DNA of 64,000 nt, from contig JBBSVW010000073.1 of the NCBI GenBank assembly GCA_038046605.1, positions 196 through 64,195 of the forward strand, read 5' to 3'. The stretch is from Candidatus Micrarchaeota archaeon (GTDB lineage Archaea > Micrarchaeota > Micrarchaeia > Norongarragalinales > SBBD01). The position numbers and the translations under genes are program-made. Every line of letters starts with the position of its first letter. The first letter of the stretch is position 1. A model generated the notes under the pieces. The model was not told the origin of the DNA. It did no database searches and was given only the letters and a program-made list of their open reading frames with translations. This document shows positions 58,495 through 64,000 of this stretch, one piece after another.

Positions 58495-59802
58495 TCATTT
58501 CTTGAGGAATTCGCCCATTTTTTTTAGCATGTAATTGCATTCAGCTTCGGCTATCCCCGGGTACACTCCGAGGAAAAACGAATTTTCCATGACAATATCG
58601 GAGTTTTCAAGCCCGCCTGATATGCGGTATTTTGCCTCCCTATATGCCGGCTGCTTTGTAAGATTGCCGCTAAACAGCCTCCTGCTCTCGATCCCCGCCC
58701 CATCCAGGAACAGCTGCAGCTCGCGTATCTTAAAGCCCGATTCCTTCCTTATGGTTAAAGGGAATCCGAACCATGACACTTCCGCTTTTTTGTGCCATTT
58801 TGGCAGCATGAATGCTTCGGAGTGCTTTTGCATCCCCTCATATAGGCGCTTGAAATTGCGCTTCCTTGCCTCCACAAACGAAGGCAGCTTTCTTAGCTGC
58901 TCAAGGCCAATTGCCGCCTGCATCTCAAGGGGCTTAAGGTTGTAGCCGATATTATCGTAGATGTATTTGTGATCGTAGGGAACGCCTCCTATTTTGAAAT
59001 CAAACCTTACGCCGCAGGTGTTCGATTTCCCAGGGTCGCACCAGCAGCTCCTGCCCCAATCCCTAATCGAGCGCAATATCTTATCCAGGAGTTTTGTATC
59101 CGTCGCAATCGCTCCACCCTCCCCCATGGTAATGTGATGGGCTGGATAGAACGAGAATGTTGCCATCTGCCCAAATGAGCCCAGGGGCTTACCATCAAAT
59201 TTCCCCCCAAGGGCATCGCAGCAATCCTCAATCAGTAGCAAATTGTGCTTTGCTGCAAATTCAGTTATGGCCTGCATATCCGGCGGGTTCCCAAGCGTGT
59301 GGGCAAACATTATGGCCCTTGTCTTATCACTTACTGCCGCCTCAAGCTTGCTTATATCGATTGCATACGAGCCAAGCTCCACATCCACGAAAACGGGCAC
59401 AAGATTGTTTTGTATCATGGGATTTACTGTTGTTGGGAATCCTGCGGCTACGGTTATGACTTCATCCCCGGCATGCAGCCTTCTTGAGTACATCCAAGAG
59501 CAGGCGGCGCTGACCGCAAGCAGGTTTGCAGAGGAGCCTGAATTAGTGAGGACGCCGTACTTTAAGCCCAAAATTTGAGAAATCTCCCTCTCAAATTGCG
59601 CTCCCCTCCCCCCTAGCGTCAAATAGAATTCCAATAAAGTATCAAGCGATGCGAGCATCTCCTTTTCATCAAAGACCCTCCCCGCATAATTGATTTTGGA
59701 CTTGCCAGGCTCGAATTTCCCCTTTGCATGCGCAATCTTATGGTATTCGATGAGCAAATCCCTCATCTCATCCCTTAGCTTTGCCTTCCTTATTTCATCC
59801 AT
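58495..59802 (-). CDS. DegT/DnrJ/EryC1/StrS-family PLP enzyme, RfbH-like (CDP-4-keto-6-deoxyglucose 3-dehydrase-like)
   Basis: 435 aa. N-terminal YAGRVFDEKE. Adjacent to a CDP-glucose 4,6-dehydratase-like gene. Confidence 0.7.
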   Translation of the reverse strand: MDEIRKAKLRDEMRDLLIEYHKIAHAKGKFEPGKSKINYAGRVFDEKEMLASLDTLLEFYLTLGGRGAQFEREISQILGLKYGVLTNSGSSANLLAVSAACSWMYSRRLHAGDEVITVAAGFPTTVNPMIQNNLVPVFVDVELGSYAIDISKLEAAVSDKTRAIMFAHTLGNPPDMQAITEFAAKHNLLLIEDCCDALGGKFDGKPLGSFGQMATFSFYPAHHITMGEGGAIATDTKLLDKILRSIRDWGRSCWCDPGKSNTCGVRFDFKIGGVPYDHKYIYDNIGYNLKPLEMQAAIGLEQLRKLPSFVEARKRNFKRLYEGMQKHSEAFMLPKWHKKAEVSWFGFPLTIRKESGFKIRELQLFLDGAGIESRRLFSGNLTKQPAYREAKYRISGGLENSDIVMENSFFLGVYPGIAEAECNYMLKKMGEFLKK

Positions 59803-59803
59803 T

Positions 59804-60682
59804 TTAATTCTCCATTTTAGCTTTGATAATTTTCAGGGCATCAAGCAAAGGCAAAGGTTCAATGCCAGTTTCCTTCAATAGTTTTTCGCAAACCAACCCC
59901 CCAAAAAGGGGCCTTTTTGCTGCTGTTCCTAGATCGGATGCCTTTACCCCGACTATTAATCCCTCTGGAAGGTTAAAAAACTTCGCAACCTGCATCGACA
60001 GGTCGTAGCGGCTGATGGTTTCCTTGCCAGCAACATTGTATGTCCCGCTTTTGCCAAGATCCAACAGCCTTCCGATTGCTCTTGCAATATGGCTTGCAAG
60101 GGTAGGCGTTGCGTAAAGGTCGGTTTGCGCTTTTGCTTCCTTTCCTTGCCTCAAATTGCCAATCAGCCTGACAACAAAATTCCTATCATCGTACCCATAA
60201 TCGAACACATTCCCCGTCCTAATTATCAAGCATCCGAGAACTTTCAAAGCCTCCTTTTCTCCATCTAATTTCGTCCTTCCATAAACGCTAATCGGCCCAG
60301 TTTTTGCATCCTCTTTGTATGGCCCAGCCTTCCCGTCAAAAACGTAGTCCGTCGAGAGGTAAACTAATCTGGCAGCATTTGTTATGCAAGCATCCGCCAC
60401 ATATTGGACCGCCAGATGGTTCATCCTTTGCGCCTCATCCGGATGGATTTCACAATAATCCACATTGGTGAGGGCGGCGCATAGGATCACGGAAAAGGGC
60501 TTTGTTTTGCCAATCAGCTCCCTAACCTCCTTTTCATTTGTGAAATCCAATTTGATCAAAGTTGCCTTAGGGTGGGTATTGTATGTGCCAATCAGTTCGA
60601 ACTGATCCCTTAAGGCCTCCATGCAAGCGCCCCCTATCTGGCCCGATGCGCCAATAACCAGCACTCTAGGTTTGCGTTCCAT
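59804..60682 (-). CDS. RmlD-like NAD(P)H-dependent 4-keto-sugar reductase
   Basis: VLVIGASGQIGGA; RmlD substrate-binding architecture. Confidence 0.7.
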   Translation of the reverse strand: MERKPRVLVIGASGQIGGACMEALRDQFELIGTYNTHPKATLIKLDFTNEKEVRELIGKTKPFSVILCAALTNVDYCEIHPDEAQRMNHLAVQYVADACITNAARLVYLSTDYVFDGKAGPYKEDAKTGPISVYGRTKLDGEKEALKVLGCLIIRTGNVFDYGYDDRNFVVRLIGNLRQGKEAKAQTDLYATPTLASHIARAIGRLLDLGKSGTYNVAGKETISRYDLSMQVAKFFNLPEGLIVGVKASDLGTAAKRPLFGGLVCEKLLKETGIEPLPLLDALKIIKAKMEN

Positions 60683-60827
60683 AATTCAACTAATAGTTTG
60701 GAATATACCGATTTTTAACCCGCTTGGGGCTAGGTGTAGATGCGGCGTTTTGCAATCAATTCGGGGAGTTCTTAAGCTCACAAAATATGTTATAAATGGG
60801 CGTGCACACAACCCTTCTGATGCAATT

Positions 60828-61694
60828 ATGGCAAAAGTGCTGGTAACCGGAGGCAGGGGGTTTATTGGATCACACCTCTCCAAATTCCTTGAGGGGAAGG
60901 GGCATGACGTTTCCATATTTTCCAAACGCGATGGGAAGGGAGGCGGAGACATAGCAGATTATGACTCCGTACTAAAGGCAACAAGCGGCATCGATTGGGT
61001 CTTCCATCTTGCAGGTGTATCGAGCGTTTCAAAAACCGGGGAGGGGAGCGATGAGATTTTCAAAAGCAACATTGCCGGTACGCATAATGTCCTGCTTGCT
61101 TGCCATCAAAACAAGGTAGAACGGGTGGTTTTTGCCTCCTCATCCTACGTTTATGGAAAACCACAAAGCATTCCTGTCTCCGAAAAATCAGCCCTTGCCC
61201 CACGAACCCTCTATGGCTTAAGCAAACTGGTTGGTGAGGAATATTGCCGCTATTATTCAAGGATTGGGCTCCAAACAATAATTGCCCGCCTTTTCAACGC
61301 TTTTGGGGAAGGCCAAACCGGAAGGGTGGTGCCCGACTTCATCTTGCGCTACAAAAAATCAAAATCCCCAGTTGAAATCCTTGGCAATAGCGCAGATTCA
61401 AGGGATTTCCTTTCCATTGATCAGGCATGCCTTGCCCTTTTGCTGCTCGCTGAAAAGGGCAAATCAGGGGAGGCTTACAATGTTGGCTCAGGAGTCGAAA
61501 CGCGCATTTTGGATTTGGCTAAACTGATAGCGCAGGAAATGGGCTCTAAAAACGATGCATTAAGAAAGGATTTAAATTATGAATATGATGAAGGAAGCGC
61601 TCTTCGCATGTTTGCGGATATTGGCAAGTTAAAAGCCCTGGGTTTTACCCCAAAATCGCTTGATGAAAGCCAGCTTTCCGCTATGATAAAATGA
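60828..61694 (+). CDS. NAD-dependent nucleotide-sugar epimerase (UDP-glucose 4-epimerase-like)
   Basis: VLVTGGRGFIGSHL; YGLSKLVGE. Start at internal ATG 60828. Confidence 0.8.
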   Translation: MAKVLVTGGRGFIGSHLSKFLEGKGHDVSIFSKRDGKGGGDIADYDSVLKATSGIDWVFHLAGVSSVSKTGEGSDEIFKSNIAGTHNVLLACHQNKVERVVFASSSYVYGKPQSIPVSEKSALAPRTLYGLSKLVGEEYCRYYSRIGLQTIIARLFNAFGEGQTGRVVPDFILRYKKSKSPVEILGNSADSRDFLSIDQACLALLLLAEKGKSGEAYNVGSGVETRILDLAKLIAQEMGSKNDALRKDLNYEYDEGSALRMFADIGKLKALGFTPKSLDESQLSAMIK

Positions 61695-61803
61695 TAATTT
61701 TCCCGTATTGGGATGGTTAGGCGAGTATGCAGGCAGGATAATAAATTACGGAAAACCCATATTTGCGCAAAATATTCCGCATGGATGAAATTTTAGTGAT
61801 AAA

Positions 61804-62763
61804 ATGGCAAAAAAGGCACTGATAACCGGAATAACGGGCCAGGATGGCTCCTATCTAGCTGAACTGCTTTTGAAAAAGGGTTATGAGGTTTGCGGCCTTG
61901 TTCGCCGCCAAAGCGCCCCAAATTATGCGCGCCTAGAGCACATTCTTGATAAAATCACCCTCATGGAAGGCGATCTTGCCGACCAGCAATCGATAAACCG
62001 CATCGTCAAGGAGGTATCGCCCGATGAGATTTACAACCTTGCGGCGCAATCCTTCGTATCCACCTCCTTCAAAGAGCCCCTCCATACCTCAGATATCACC
62101 GCCCTTGGCTGCCTTCGCATGCTGGAAGCCGTAAGGTACTATTCGCCGCATTCGAAATTCTACCAAGCATCGAGCAGCGAAATGTACGGCAAAGCGCTTG
62201 AAACCCCCCAAACGGAAACTACGCCCTTCCATCCAAGGTCGCCTTACGGCTTCTCAAAGGTATTCGCTCATTTCGCAACAATCAATTACCGCGAGAGCTA
62301 CAATCTCTTTGCCGGCTGCGGCATTTGCTTCAACCACGAATCCCCAAGGCGAGGAATTGAATTTGTCACCCGCAAGATTTCGGATGGAGTGGCCAAGATC
62401 AAGAAAGGGAAAGCAAAAAAGCTCATGCTTGGGAATCTTGATGCCTCAAGGGACTGGGGCTTTGCGGGGGATTACGTTGAAGCCATGTGGCTTATGCTCC
62501 AGCAAAAGAAGGCGGATGATTTCGTCATTGCTTCCGGGCAGACGCATACCGTAAGGGATTTTGTCGAGCTTGCCTTTGAGTCAGCCGGCATTGCGGATTA
62601 CCAGAAATATATCGAGATAAACAAGGAATTCCTAAGGCCAGCCGAGGTCGATTTGCTACTAGGGGATGCAGGGAAGGCAAAACGCGAGCTTGGCTGGAGC
62701 CCCAAAACGTCATTCCAATCACTTGTAAAAATGATGGTCGAGAGCGATATCGCAAGATACTGA
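61804..62763 (+). CDS. gmd: GDP-mannose 4,6-dehydratase
   Basis: [22 protein letters not shown]-terminus; YxxxK. Matches Gmd closely. Confidence 0.9.
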   Translation: MAKKALITGITGQDGSYLAELLLKKGYEVCGLVRRQSAPNYARLEHILDKITLMEGDLADQQSINRIVKEVSPDEIYNLAAQSFVSTSFKEPLHTSDITALGCLRMLEAVRYYSPHSKFYQASSSEMYGKALETPQTETTPFHPRSPYGFSKVFAHFATINYRESYNLFAGCGICFNHESPRRGIEFVTRKISDGVAKIKKGKAKKLMLGNLDASRDWGFAGDYVEAMWLMLQQKKADDFVIASGQTHTVRDFVELAFESAGIADYQKYIEINKEFLRPAEVDLLLGDAGKAKRELGWSPKTSFQSLVKMMVESDIARY

Positions 62764-62886
62764 CGTTTGAATTTAAAGATTGGTAAAATAAAACTCGAAA
62801 CAATTAATTGCAAAATATTAACTAACACATCCCCATTTCTACCTCAAATATCTATATTTAAAAAAATCAATTTTGGTGTTCAATTC

Positions 62887-64000
62887 ATGCCCGAATTCAA
62901 GATTGGCGTTGGCACAGCCGACATAACCGAAACAGAAAAGCGCTATGTGCTGGATGCTCTCGAAAACAAGCGCCTCTCCTATGGCCCTTACATCCGCAGG
63001 TTTGAATCGCAGTTCTCAAGGCTGCACTCAAGGAAGCATGGCCTTATGTGCAACAGCGGAACTTCCGCCCTTCGCATCTCTGTTCTTGCATTGAAGGAAT
63101 TCTACAATTGGAAGGATGGTGATGAGGTTCTGGTTCCGGCGCTTACTTTCATTGCGACCTCGAATGTTGTCCTACAAAGCAGCCTAAAGCCCGTATTCGT
63201 GGATGTCGATCCGCTAACTTATGGGATAGATCCCAAATTAATTGAGGCAAAAATCACCTCCCGCACAAGGGCGATAATGCCGGTGCATCTGTTTGGCCTT
63301 CCCTGCGACATGGATCCCATCATGGAAATTGCCAAAAAGCATAAGCTTGCAATAATTGAGGATTCATGCGAAACCATGTTCGCCAAATACAAGGGAAAAT
63401 CCGTGGGTTCGTTCGGCGAGTTTGGTTGTTTTTCCACTTATATGGCGCATTTGATTGTGACCGGTGTTGGCGGATTGATTCTTTGCGACAACAATGAACT
63501 TGCGGTAATTGCAAGGAGCATGCTAAATCACGGCCGTGACAACATTTACATGTCAATTGATGATGACGATAATGTAGGGAAAAAGGAGCTTACCATGATC
63601 ATGGACCGCAGGTTCTCCTTTGTGCGCCTGGGTTACAGCTTCCGTGCAACAGAGCTTGAGGGAGCAATCGGCTGCGCGCAGCTTGAGCGCTGGGAGCAGA
63701 TTATAAAGGGTCGGCAGGCGAATGGCAAATATCTTATCGAGGGGCTGGAGCACCTATCTGATCGCATCCAGCTTCCATCCGCTCCAGCCGGAAGGGAGCA
63801 TGTTTTCATGATGTTCCCAATTGTTGTTAAGGATCCAAAGATTAAGCGCGATGAACTAACGCTCTATTTGGAGGAGCACGGAATCGAAACAAGGCACATG
63901 CTTCCCCTGATAAACCAGCCGATTTACCGGAAGCTCTTTGGCAACCTTGACCGCCAATTCCCCAATGCCGCCTTCATCAACGAGAACGGCTTTTACATCG
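62887..64000 (+). CDS. DegT/DnrJ/EryC1-family sugar aminotransferase (perosamine-synthase-like), 3'-partial at window end
   Basis: ORF open to the window end. YGPYIRRFESQF, CNSGTSAL. Downstream of gmd. Confidence 0.8.
   Translation, partial: MPEFKIGVGTADITETEKRYVLDALENKRLSYGPYIRRFESQFSRLHSRKHGLMCNSGTSALRISVLALKEFYNWKDGDEVLVPALTFIATSNVVLQSSLKPVFVDVDPLTYGIDPKLIEAKITSRTRAIMPVHLFGLPCDMDPIMEIAKKHKLAIIEDSCETMFAKYKGKSVGSFGEFGCFSTYMAHLIVTGVGGLILCDNNELAVIARSMLNHGRDNIYMSIDDDDNVGKKELTMIMDRRFSFVRLGYSFRATELEGAIGCAQLERWEQIIKGRQANGKYLIEGLEHLSDRIQLPSAPAGREHVFMMFPIVVKDPKIKRDELTLYLEEHGIETRHMLPLINQPIYRKLFGNLDRQFPNAAFINENGFYI

Noticed and set aside
1-64000. rRNA genes, RNase P/SRP RNA, CRISPR-cas loci
   Set aside because: No long non-coding conserved-looking stretches. 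All gaps >150 bp were inspected and are AT-rich promoter-like sequence, tRNAs or the described repeats.

Overview
This 64 kb window looks archaeal. Evidence: intron-containing tRNAs, deoxyhypusine synthase, MscL, a COG1361/MacB ABC module, a FlaI/VirB11-type ATPase, Rad50, archaeal lipobox signal peptides and AT-rich BRE/TATA-like promoters. It is probably a small-genome, DPANN-like lineage, but that is inference. The left ~31 kb is a mosaic of housekeeping genes: a PduO-type corrinoid adenosyltransferase, phosphoglucomutase, rhomboid protease, deoxyhypusine synthase, a methyltransferase and transporters. Mixed in are mobile or accessory features. There are integration scars at a tRNA-Glu gene carrying a VapBC pair and a three-gene cassette with a compact caspase-like His-Cys protein. 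There is an IS630-family insertion sequence. An orphan Rad50 lies divergent from an unusually large secretion-type ATPase, and the ATPase 3' end is followed by an array of four degenerate copies of its own last codons, each carrying a conserved GC hairpin. From about 31.8 kb to the window end is a contiguous surface-glycan biosynthesis island. It encodes nucleotide-sugar enzymes (WecB, a UDP-sugar dehydrogenase, GalU, a CDP-glucose 4,6-dehydratase, an RfbH-like dehydrase, an RmlD-like reductase, Gmd, a perosamine-synthase-like aminotransferase and AsnB). It also has multiple GT2, GT4 and GT-C transferases, GtrA-like proteins, a Wzx flippase, five methyltransferases and two decayed methyltransferase genes. 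Two tRNAs (Glu-CUC, Leu-CAG) carry long introns, one of them at a non-canonical T-loop position. All calls rest on motif-level reading of the translated ORFs and of the nucleotide sequence; no database searches were run.
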